From Takakia lepidozioides (Eukaryota; Plantae; Bryophyta), in assembly GCA_030704615.1 (NCBI GenBank), contig CM060734.1, positions 38,998,001-39,062,000 on the forward strand: a DNA stretch of 64,000 nucleotides, given 5' to 3'. Of this stretch, positions 37,456 to 48,422 are shown in pieces (positions within the stretch are counted from its first letter, which is position 1; each line of letters starts with the position of its first letter). Both the position numbers and the translations under genes were made by a program. The notes under the pieces are model-generated. The model was not told where the DNA came from, did no database searches, and was given only the letters and a program-made list of their open reading frames with translations.

Positions 37456-38439
37456 ATGTCTGCATCCACAACGTCTGACAGCACCGGCAGTGGCCATGTG
37501 AGCTCCAAAAAGCGAGCCAGAGACAAGAACTGGACGGCTATGGAGGTACATGTGTTAGCTGTCACAAAGCGCCATGAGTGGGAGGCTTGGAAGGCCTCCA
37601 ATGTGCGTGGCAACATGATGTGCGACAAGGTAAAAGGGGAGAGGGTAGTTGAAGTGTTGGAATCGCAGGGTATGAGCGGGCGGGACGTTGCTGGGTGCAC
37701 CACCAAGTGGCAGCATTTGTGCAAGCAGTACAAAGACATCCGGGGGCACCAACTCAATGCCACCGGCAACCAGGACTACTTCACGATGAGTTCCGATGAG
37801 CGCGTGGCGTTGGGACTTCCGAAGTCCTTCGCCAGGGACCTCTTTGAGGACATGAACTTCCTGGCTGAGTGTGCGTGCAACGCTCCCAAAGTGACATCAG
37901 CGAGCTTGAGGGTAACACCAATTGTTGCTCCTTTGCCCCCTGTAGACATAGATACATCGTTGCCTCATATGGAAGAGGAAGTACTACCCTATGCTAATAA
38001 TGAGGCTGCACCTGCTCTACCATCATTGGATGGGGTGGCCCATGTGCGGGTAGAGCATGATGAGGCGCCGATTCTTGCATGGGGTCGGCCTCCAGTGATG
38101 GGCCGGGAGAGGTATACCAACACCTCTCCCACACCTTTTACCAATTCGACGGGTAAGGAAAAGAAGGGAAGCACAACCAGTGCCGATCTACTCAAGGCCT
38201 TCAAGGAAGGGAATGAAGGTTTGTTCAAAAATATGGAGGAGGATAGGAAGGAGAGAATGGACAGGTTTGCCAAATCTTTTCAACTTCAAGATGACATCTT
38301 TAAATTTGAGGTTGAAAAAGCTAGAGCAACCTTAGCTACAGAGCAGGCAGCTTCAGGTAACCAGCGCACCATGGTGTCGCATTTTGGAAAGCTCGTTGAT
38401 CATTTTGGAAAGCTAGTTGAGAAGAAAGATGACGCCTAG
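37456..38439 (+). CDS. Harbinger Myb/SANT (trihelix-like) DNA-binding protein, 327 aa from ATG 37456
   Basis: RARDKNWT..EV.VL...K, C..KW..L.K.YK.IR, YF.MS..ER..LGLP.SF; C-terminal coiled coil; lies inside the TIRs. Confidence 0.85.
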   Translation: MSASTTSDSTGSGHVSSKKRARDKNWTAMEVHVLAVTKRHEWEAWKASNVRGNMMCDKVKGERVVEVLESQGMSGRDVAGCTTKWQHLCKQYKDIRGHQLNATGNQDYFTMSSDERVALGLPKSFARDLFEDMNFLAECACNAPKVTSASLRVTPIVAPLPPVDIDTSLPHMEEEVLPYANNEAAPALPSLDGVAHVRVEHDEAPILAWGRPPVMGRERYTNTSPTPFTNSTGKEKKGSTTSADLLKAFKEGNEGLFKNMEEDRKERMDRFAKSFQLQDDIFKFEVEKARATLATEQAASGNQRTMVSHFGKLVDHFGKLVEKKDDA

Positions 38440-40804
38440 GGATATAGGGGATGACGCCTAGAAAGATACAGAATATGCAATCAAAGAACAGAACAAGCTG
38501 CATGTGACATATTCAAGTTGCTCTGTTTGTTTAAAGAGACAACTCTGACATTTTTGACAGATGTTTTTGTATCTCATACTTGTATTCATGCAACTGTGCT
38601 TTGAAGTACTGGACCTGACTGCTAGGTTTCCTCATTAGACCCTTTTGCAGTGGCTGTGGGTTGTGTATTGTGCCAGACGCTCCATTGTCAATTTCAACAT
38701 GTGATATCAGACCTTCAAGTGTGAACACACTTGAATCCACAGCCATGGATCCAAGACAAAAACAGGGCCAGAACTGGCCCCATAAACCTTGATACATAGA
38801 TAGGCTACATCCAGGGTCATAGCAATGTGCACAGTGGCCTCTACGTCCCTTTGAGTTTGGTTCATAAATGCACACTATATCTCATTCCTGAATGCAGGTG
38901 CTTCTCAAAATGGTGGCCAGTTGTCATTGATCCTTCCAGATGACAAGAATGAGCCTATCGAAATCTGCAAATTGGGAATTTCTGATAGCTTCAACTAGAG
39001 ACCATGAATGCAGAGCTCCATTAGCATTGTCATGTACAACTGGTGTTGTACCCCAAAATCTGAAAATCCACACCATTGTTCTAAATCTGGTCTGAGGGCC
39101 ACTTAATACATGCCACCCAAAATGTGGTGGCGGGACTAATTTGGTCTTTTGTCCTGTGGATACTTTAGACATGGGCTGTCAATGGAAAATTAATGTCGTT
39201 TACAGCATTAATGTATGGATTGTATCTCCAGTTGCTTAAACCATTGTTGGTCTTCCTGACAAAGTATGAGAGTTTCTATGTGACTCATGATATAGTTCAG
39301 GGAGTATAGGTGACCAATTTGAACAATACAAAAGCACCAAAAGCACCTCATATTGTCAGTGTGTTGTGTTGTTTGAACACAGGTTGTTCACAAACAACTC
39401 CTGTCATTTGAAAGATGCTTGTAGCTATGGTGGTGGTATCCTTGTTTGAGTGTGGCTGTAATTGATGCTACAGCTGTCTGGTTACCTGTTATGCTTTCCA
39501 CAGAGAAGTCCAACATCACCTGACTTCACACATAAGTGCACAAACCAGGTCAAACTTGTTTCCCAAAGTAAAGAATGCTAGTTGAGGCCTAGGATGAAGG
39601 CATTAGAGAATGTAGGAAGATCCAGCACCTTGTTTCTGGGAGTGAGAGGCTGCCTGAATGGGTTCACTTGCACATGCTCAACAAAAGCCACATGATGAGT
39701 GACACATGGAAAATAAGTGCCTAGGGACCATAGCAGTTTTCAATGAAAATAGCAGTAAGAGAATTCTTATCTTGACTGGGAAAGCGACCTACTAGGCCAT
39801 GGATGTACACAAGAAAAGCACACACCTTACCACTGTGAACCACTGACAATTTCACTTAAGTCAGCAAACACAAATACCTTTGGAACATGTTGTAGAACCA
39901 AAATGAAATAGGTCATACAAAGGCAGCAAGGTGCCAGAAACACCAACAAAAATTCCCAGAGGTGAGAATTGTAAAGGGGCACACAGAGAGAATTACAGGA
40001 AACGTACGTCGTTCTGCATGAGCGAGGGCAATTGACTGCGCTGCCAAGATTGCCGCCTCTTCGCGATAATCTGTGAAGAATGCTGGCACTCTCATCCTCC
40101 CTATGAGGTCCTGAGAACAAATGTCAGCCAAAACAATATTTTAAAACTACAAGCAGCAACTTCTTCTGTTGGATTCATCATAATAACATGGCTCAGTGCA
40201 ATGGGATCACCACGACACTGGGCGTTGAACACTGGGATGCACATACACTACATACAAATATTGTCATTCTCTATTAGTAGTCTAGACGCATTAAGAAGCT
40301 TTAGCGATAACCACCCAAAGCCTCATCTGCAAATTTTAGACACTCAATTTTAAACTTCAAGCAACGGACCTAGTTCCATGCTTCCACTGGATTTGGGTGC
40401 ACTTCCAACTAATTATTGTGCATCCAACCTCACAAAGGAGTCGTTGAAGAGCTGCATTCCTGCTCAGGTCTAGGCAGCTAGAGTGGAAAGTTTGAAAAAT
40501 AAAGAAGAGAATGCTGCAAACTCTAATCTTAGAGTAAATGACATAAAGATATTAATTTATAAAAAATCCAGCGTAGATCTCTTACAGCCCAATTGCTTGT
40601 CTACGCCACTCTCTCCATCTCTTCTATGGGCATTGGAAAGGTTCAGGTTGGGATCCCAGCCTGAAGATGGAAACTGGTAGATGATGGGTTAATCTGCAGT
40701 GTTTGCTTGTACCCAGCTTGTGCCAGGGAAGACAACAGGGGATTGGGACTGAGGAACATTTCTTCTTCCACTATCCACTCTAAGGCCTGCTAGAAAAGAA
40801 AGGA

Positions 40805-41040
40805 GAGAATGTACTCATATGCTGTAGCCTTGTGGCCATAAACCCTGTGCCCAGTTTGGGTGGAAGAAGAGGGAACAACCACTACCTTTGTGGGGCCTCA
40901 CTCCAGTAGTTCAACTTACCTCAGCCTTCCTAGATCCCCACTAGAAAACCCTTCACAGAGGCATTATCAACAGCAGCCTCCTAGTCAACCCCCACAATCT
41001 CTCAGCCCAACATCATCCCCAGCTTTTAAACATAGCTTAT
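40805..41040 (-). mobile_element. Diverged 3' remnant of the RTE-X-like LINE family
   Basis: gtactcatatgctgtagccttgtggccata..ccctgtgcccagttt matches the family 3' end. Confidence 0.6.
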
Positions 41041-41142
41041 GAGCATTGCTTGATCTGAAGCTTTCCCGTCTGAAACATGGTTCACAAACGTCAGAAACGA
41101 ACATTTCAACATGCAAAAAGTAAGCCTGCATAGAGCACACAG

Positions 41143-42420
41143 TCATGTGTTGATGACGTGGTTGCACAATATCGCCCTCAAATCAGCACCAACTGTATGG
41201 CCCCTATTGACAACTGGTTCTTGACTGTGGGCAACTCGATCACGCTCCATGATGGCTGCCATGGCATCCATCTCATTGTAGATGCCCTCGAAGTCAACTT
41301 CCTTGAAATCAACCAAAAGATTATATAGGATGCAGCAGGCATGAATAACCTGGGGCAAGAAATCAATGTCGAGTTCGCTCCTCCAACCCACCTCTTTGAA
41401 GGTACCTTTCATTCGACCAAAGGCAATCTCCGAGAAAATTCTTGCCTTTGACAATTGGTGATTGAAGACGGTTTTGGCTCTAGAGAGGACTGGAGCATTG
41501 GGAGCTCTTTTGTAACTAGGGATGAGCCAGGGGAGGGCAGGGTAGACTGCATCACCAATAAGGAGTGGTGGGATCTCGTGTCCATTGTCAAGAATGACAT
41601 TCTCACCACGCAAAAGAGTGCCCTGTGACGCAGGATAGAAAAGGGGGGAGTTTCGTAACACCCTAGAGTCGTTCATACTGCCGGGCTCTCCAACATAGAT
41701 ATCTACAAACTTTGCATCTGGATCCACGACCCCTTGTAGAACCATTGAATAGTAACCATTTCTGTTCATATAATCAAATTTGATGTCATTGTTGGGGGCC
41801 TTGATTCTGATCTGTGTACAATCAATTGCACCAACAACATTCGGAATCCCTGATCTCTTCTCGTTTTCAAGCATCGATTTCTTGAGAGTCTCACCTCCTT
41901 GCCACTGCAGGTGGTGACCCAGGACAGAGATAATGGCAGGGACCACTTGTCGCAAAAGCTCATACAAAATTGAACGACCAATTCCAAAAGCCTCGGTAAT
42001 TTCTATTGTTGTGGCTACCCACAGTAGTTTATAAAGCACTGCCACTCTCATCGGTACAGGTAAGCTCCTCCGGTACCTAGTATCCTGCATCTGTATAACC
42101 GGTGCAAGGGCATTGCACAACCAATCGAATGTGCCTGCACTCATCTTCATAATCTGCAGCCATCTCTCGTCATCATATTGCAAAAGAAAGTCCTCAAACC
42201 AAGCTCTCGATCTGTGCTTGACCCACATCCCTGAAGACACACCACCTCTCGGCTTGTAGTTCCTAATGGTCCAAAACTGGCGCTGCAAAAAACTCCTACA
42301 TGCAAGGAGTAACATATCTGGATCGTCCTCCTTGGCTAGGTCAATATCATGACGAAGCAAAGTCGGTCGTGCCTCTTGTGGGCGTCTCATCCCAAACAAC
42401 TCTGGAGCCTGATCGAGCAT
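41143..42420 (-). CDS. PIF/Harbinger DDE transposase (HARBI1-like), 425 aa open frame
   Basis: GAIDCTQIRI, YYSMVLQGVVD, PGSMNDSRV, GDAVYP, FN..LSKAR..SE.AFGRMKG, ACCILYN. Confidence 0.93.
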   Translation of the reverse strand: MLDQAPELFGMRRPQEARPTLLRHDIDLAKEDDPDMLLLACRSFLQRQFWTIRNYKPRGGVSSGMWVKHRSRAWFEDFLLQYDDERWLQIMKMSAGTFDWLCNALAPVIQMQDTRYRRSLPVPMRVAVLYKLLWVATTIEITEAFGIGRSILYELLRQVVPAIISVLGHHLQWQGGETLKKSMLENEKRSGIPNVVGAIDCTQIRIKAPNNDIKFDYMNRNGYYSMVLQGVVDPDAKFVDIYVGEPGSMNDSRVLRNSPLFYPASQGTLLRGENVILDNGHEIPPLLIGDAVYPALPWLIPSYKRAPNAPVLSRAKTVFNHQLSKARIFSEIAFGRMKGTFKEVGWRSELDIDFLPQVIHACCILYNLLVDFKEVDFEGIYNEMDAMAAIMERDRVAHSQEPVVNRGHTVGADLRAILCNHVINT

Positions 42421-45329
42421 GAACTGTATAAAGACAAGAATCTCTCACATGGCAATAGCCAATTCGTTTGTCATATTGAAGTTTGAACTCAAGAACCAGC
42501 AACACCTCTACTAGGGCAGTATTTAGATTGGCATCTTCTATGACTCCAACTTTGACAATGAACCCTGTAGATATGAGCATTCCAATGCTTGAGAACACAT
42601 CTCAAGATGGATATCATACATCACTAACTTAGCTTGATCCACAGTATGGAGCGTGAAAATTTAGTCTCATGGAGTATCATTATTGCAGGCTATGCTCAGC
42701 ATGGGTGTGGTAGGGAGGCCCTCCAACTATTTGAACAAACGCAATGGATAAAACGTAGAGTTTGGACAGATCAGAGTTGTTTATAAAACAGTCTCTTCTG
42801 CAAAGGGCTTGTGTGCAGCAGCTGGTGGGCCCAGAAGGAGCTTGTGCAATATCATTGTGTTCCTTCCACTGGACACATAAACTTGAACAGGCTCTTCAAG
42901 ACCAAAAGGTCGAGGCATTGATGATGTTTAAGCATCATCAGACATTGAAAGACATTTCAAAAGGGATCGACCAGCCAAGCATGCCTGTCAAAACAGGGAG
43001 AAACCTGCATGGAGCAATTCTAGAAAAAATTCTCACCTTTGCGACTCAGGAAGGCCTTTTGCTGTCTTCTAGCATCAAATCGCTGTGAACTCTACAGGCA
43101 CCAAGCACCACAACTCCCTCTTCCCTGCAGCCTTTCGCAGTTGGTGATCGTTTGTCACTGACAAAAAGATAGCACAAGTCTCTCAAACTGACCTTCCACT
43201 GGAACAGCAGTCTGAACGCGGCAAGGCCTGGGTCGTCAAGCACTCCCACTGGCTCCGTCCACCATAGCCGCGGGAAGACGGGCGGGCAGCCCGATTTTAT
43301 TTTTTTTGCGCTCCTGCTAACAAACTGCCGCGCGACGGTTTGTTAGTAGCCAGGTGCGGTCGCCGTCAAGGTTCCTGCCAGACCTGCTAGCTAGCCGGCG
43401 CGCTAGCTACGGCTAGTGGCCTGCTAGGAAACCGGCAGGTGCGGCCGGGGCCTAACACCACTAAACTCCTACACACCCTCCACTTCATAGCCATTAGATT
43501 CATAATTGCCCTCATTGTCAACAAACGCAAGACTGTAAGTGGTCGGTTGACCGCCTTGTAGATAGGCCCCCCCTCCCATAGAGCCCACTCCCAAAAGGGG
43601 GAAGTACCCATTGGGGGGAAGATGCTCTTATTTATGCTAAGTTAACTTGATTGACGGTGTTTATTGGCTCCTCCCTTAAGGGAGAGACCACGTTGAGGCG
43701 CTTTTCTCCTGATGTACCTTCACCACTTAATACCTACCGACACCTTCACCAGGTTGGAACCAACATAGTGGCGCCAAAGCTCAAGGCAATGCACCACCAC
43801 CTTCAATTCCCCAATAAATAACCATTTGTAATAGATTGTAATCCACACCGGCCATAGCAGGAGTTGAACCCCGAACCTGCACTTATGAAAGAGCTAAGAG
43901 AAATTTAGGTTTAGGAAAGCAGAGAGCCCGATGGCTGTGCGCGCGCTGTTTCTTTCTGCGCGATTTTGAGCTTCTCTGCGGGGCTTCAAGGCGACCAGAT
44001 TGCGAGCACAAGAGTGAGGCAGTGTGGAGTAAAAGCTACAAGAAATCTGCAACGTTAGATGGTCAATTGGAAGCAGCAGCAGCACAGCTGATAAAGTAAG
44101 GCACTTCCACCATGGGTACCACTTCCGAACAAGGAGCAAGAGAGTCGTTATATCATACACACGGAGAAGCCAGGACTATCGTGAGATTTTTTACTACAGC
44201 CTTCGTGGAGCTCTGTGCTACTTGGGAAGGCGATGCTATCTGTAGTGATACCATTGGAATGATTATCAGTCAATTTCTTTGCCCAAAATGCTCTGAAATG
44301 TGCTGCATCCAATGTGCCAAACGGCTGCTAGATTGGCATTTTCTTATTCAACATGCAGACCCTCCTCTTGTGGCAGAGCCAGATTTTAGAGCTTGGCAAA
44401 CTATGGTAACACTGAATAGTACCTGCTGTAGGGGCCCAATGGAGAACGATGAGGTGGACTCAGTCGCAACACTTTTGGGTGACCTTGTGGCCTATCGAGC
44501 TAGTGGTGCCAGCCATTTGGAAGTCGTAGGTGGGACGTATTTTGAGCGATCAACTTCGGTACCTCAAAGTCATCAGTCTTACTTGTAAACCAGCATCTGT
44601 GCTCCAAAAGTGGGAAGGGGGGCATTTTGGGCTCTGCTTAAGACAGCTTGTCTTCATAGAATGCTAAGTGCTCCTACGACCTGGTTGATATGTAGTCCAC
44701 TGTGTGTGAACATCAACTTCCAATCTCATTAACAGTTGGAGTCAATCATGTGGTAGGTGTTGCCCTGCAACAAGAACAAGGGCAACAGCAGCGATGTTCA
44801 GATGAATACCCCCGGCACCAGAGGCGCTTCTGCGAGAGGCAAATACATTTCATCCTTATGCAGTCGCTGCATATACGGTAGGTACCTTTTTCCACTCACT
44901 TGATCCTGCCACGTGTTTCTCTTACAGGGTAAACTTCTTGTTAAGTTTCTTCTAGAATGTGGAGGGATTGCCTGTCTTGCAAAACCACTTGGCATGATTC
45001 TCCATCTCCAGGCTGAAACCGCTTTTGACAGTAGGGCGTCCAAGATGGCACGGCTGCTTTTCTGTATTATTGGGTAGAACAACAGGAAACCCTTGTTTGA
45101 TTGTACTGCTTTACCTCCTTTCTCTCGTCCCATATATGTTGAGACGATTGCACTCACTGGCCTTGTGGAAATGTGTCAATGGAGCGAGAGCTGACATGTA
45201 CATTCTGGGGAATGTCAAGGGTACAGGGCCAATTGCTTGATGTGGGTCGCCACTCACTGACATTTCCATGCCCAACATGGCCTTACAAACATCGGCTTCC
45301 AAGTCAGCTTCATCTTAACGGGGTCAATT

Positions 45330-45500
45330 CGTCAGTTCCTCCTGCCTAATATTCAGGTACTTGAAAATCTCCTCTTCCCTTGCCAGGGCTTCACCTGTTG
45401 AACAGGACACTTTAGCTTCCAAGAAATAGATTCGATCATCTTAGGGTATCTGGTATTAGGCATGTGATTCAACTGACCCCATCATCTGACCTTAAACTCT
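45330..45500 (-). mobile_element. Short internal fragment of the RTE-X-like LINE family
   Basis: aagaaatagattcgatcatcttagggtatctggtattaggcat...ctgacccc resembles the NTRYPKLIDSISW segment. Confidence 0.6.
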
Positions 45501-45969
45501 GCTGCTGGCCTGGCAAGGCTTGCCTCACTTCCTGACCTAGGGCTCCATTTTCCTTCTTGCCCCATTCCACTAGCTCCTGGGTTAGACATACAGCATGTAC
45601 TTGAACTTAGAACATAAATGTTGGCTATTACAGTGCAGTATGCAGGCCAGACAACTCTTTAGTTTGTTCTTTTGTAGTCTAGTTTGTTGACTTGAGCTTT
45701 TTCGGTGTCTATTTTTTCTTTAGCCCCACAACTCGAGGTCGTGTGTAATTGGAATGTTTTTAGAGATGTCTGTCAGGTAGCTCCTCATTCTGCCTATTTG
45801 TTAGGAACCCTTGCAACTGTTTGTGAGGGGATGATAGAGACCCAAACAGAGCCTTCACCGATGGACTTTGCCAATGGTGTGTTTCCTTGCAATGATGCAG
45901 GAGTATAGATGGGCGGTAAGAGCAAAGTTGACGATGGAGCCTGGGCTGCATGTGCAGATATAGCCACAT

Positions 45970-46190
45970 ATTCAGTCCTCATATTCAGCTCCCTGCAAAA
46001 TTATCCCCGCAAATTTATCCCCTCAGATTTATCCCCTCAAATTTATCAGATTTATCCCTTCAGCTCTCTCATATTCACTTTCTCTCAATTTTATGCCTTC
46101 CATTATATTCAGTTCCTTTGAGTTTTATCACTTGGAATTCCAGTTCTATTCAATTCCAATTCCATCACATTCAATTTTATCTTTTCGTAT
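45970..46190. repeat. Degenerate minisatellite, reverse-complement relative of 27430-27700
   Basis: agatttatccc(c)tca / ttcagttcc / ttccat units. Confidence 0.6.
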
Positions 46191-46299
46191 TTGTACCTTG
46201 CATTTAATTTATTATTGTTATTTTCTGTCAAGGTGTAAAGTGTGAACACAAAATGTTTTGATATGATTCTAAAACTCATTTAAAAAAGAATCATAATCA

Positions 46300-47630
46300 T
46301 AATTTCTTTTCTTTTTTTCTTTTTTTTGGGTTAACAGGGTTGGAGCCCTGGTTAACTTTATCCTGAAATATTTTTGGTGGGCAAGGCCCTTACATAGATG
46401 GTTATTGGGAGGGAAAAAATTGAACCCTCTGATTACGCCATAAGGCACACACACTGTAGTCAGTGAATCAGAGCCTAACCACTCATGATGAGTATTAACG
46501 AACTGTCCAGCCTGAGGCCTTTGTCCTTTTAGCGCAATGCTGCTAAGTGGTGGCGATCCCACCGGATTTGATAATGTGTGTTTCTCAAAACCATAGCTGC
46601 TAGAGTAAAAAAAACTAGCTACGGTTAGGCCTGCTCCAGTGGATTGCTTGCCTGATGGACCTAGCGGAAGCTGAGCCTGGAGGCCTTCGATGATTGCTTA
46701 ACGTGCTTCCAGTTGATATCCTTGACAAACTCCGGTGAGGTTGTGGATGGTACCCGTGGCGTCTCTCCAAGCCCTTGGGGGCAGTTTGTTCCGGATTGAG
46801 GCTATTGCAGATGATCCCATTCTGCCCCCAGGTTGCAATGAAGGTAGAGTGTAGCTGGGAAGCTTGTTGGTCCGATCGTGCTCTCTCGATATTTGCACAT
46901 AGTTTTTTCCACGCTTTCCTGGCTTCAATTTGTATGTCCATGTAGATTTTTGTGAGGAAGTTCTAGTTGTTTTTGCATTGAAATTTTTTCGCATCTGATT
47001 TTCCAAAGGTGCCAGAGCGTAGCGCTTCTAAGAGTATCGTAAACTGGGCAGTGATTGGCTTTTGATTTTGTTGCTGGGTCATAATTTAGCAGAATGGCCG
47101 CCGGTGTGAGGTTTATGTGTCCTCAGGTTCTGTAGAAGTTTGTGACGAGGGGCCAGACTGCAGCTGGTCCGTGACAATGGAGCAGACAGTGCTCTACTGT
47201 TTCCATTAGGGCAGCCGAGCAGCATTTGCAGAGGAGGGCAGCATCAAAACCCAACCATTCCCCCACTTTTATTGCCCTGTTTGCTATTTGCCAGAGAAAC
47301 GCTGCTTCCTTGGCTGGTCTTGTTTTGTTCCAAATCGTCCCCCAGATGGGGTTCTAGTTTTCAATCTGGAAGTTGGGGTGACTCCATCTTTCGTTCCATT
47401 TACCCAATAGGGGCTGGGGGTTCAGCATTGCCGAGTATGCTTTTTTGGTTGTGTACTCAAAAAAAGGCTTGGAGGATGGCCTGAAATTCCACTGCCACTC
47501 TTTGGGATCCATGTCCAGATCGTGTAGGGGTCTTCCCCCAATCCAAACAAATATTTGGCTGGCCAGCCAGCTAATCAGGGAAGTGGTGAGCGGTGGGAGA
47601 GGGTTCATCCCCTTAGCTGGGCGAATTCAT
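46300..47630 (-). mobile_element. Degenerate L1-type LINE 3' fragment with poly(A) tail
   Basis: T-rich tract 46303-46328; zf-RVT-like CKCC....METVEHCLLHC near 47170-47235; P..W.W...PFFEYTTKKAY upstream. Confidence 0.7.
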
Positions 47631-48014
47631 CCATAATTTATTTTTTACTTGGAGAAATTTGGCGATTTCATCCATGAAAAAACAGTGGATTGCGACAGAA
47701 TATTCGATTTTATTTTTTGAGGTCGAAATCTAGCGATTATTCGCCACTAAAAGAATGGCTGCCCCCCCCTGCGGCTTGCAGTCGCCGCGGCCAGCCTCCC
47801 GCTCTGCCTCCCCTCCACCCCCCAACACCCCCCCGCCCCAGCCCCGACCCCGCCCCATCCGTCACCCAATGGAATGTCGTTTATATAACACATGATACAT
47901 GTAGGTCATGCACGCATCCATCCCAGATGTCAGATGTGGTCATGAACATAACATGAGCCCATAGTGAGAGTGAAGCCAACACATGCATGGTTACACATGC
48001 GTACCCAAGTTTGA

Positions 48015-48300
48015 CTTTCAAATTTCAAAGCCTCTCATTTTACAATAATAGGGTCATGAAAGCAAGCGTGCGAGAAGGATGGTGGGCCCGTCGTACGGAC
48101 GACGAGCGCCCCCCCACCCGCCCGCCGCTGCTGCCGCGGCTGCCCCTCCCGGGGTCCGTCCACCGACCTGTCCGCTGGGGCTACTCCGCTATAGCAGGTT
48201 CGCTCCTACTAGTCCGCCTGTCCGCGTGTCCACCCGCCCACAAGATCTGGGCCGTCCAGGACGAATCCCATCGCAGCCCTCCAATTTAGGACCTTATCTC
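48015..48300 (+). repeat. ~290-bp GC-rich repeat ending CCTTATCTC (candidate MULE terminus); direct copy at 60185-60508
   Basis: Shared blocks gcctctcattttacaataatagggtcatgaa...gtccaggacgaatcccatcgcagccctccaatttagg.ccttatctc. Confidence 0.85.
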
Positions 48301-48422
48301 TGCCGCCTGCCATTTGCCACCAGCTGTAAACGTGGGTCTTGTTTCTCCGTGCATGTTCTCCATCGTGTCCTGCATCGCTTTCGTTGCACGTTCTGGAGCG
48401 TGTGTTCTGCATTGTATAGGAC

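Larger units (their letters stand above)
33355..43452. mobile_element. PIF/Harbinger DNA transposon, complete ends (10,098 bp including a nested LINE)
   Basis: 17-bp perfect TIR GGCCCCGGCCGCACCTG (33355-33371) / CAGGTGCGGCCGGGGCC (43436-43452); TAA TSD at 33352-33354 and 43453-43455; convergent Myb/SANT and DDE genes; GCTAG-rich subterminal motifs. Confidence 0.95.
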
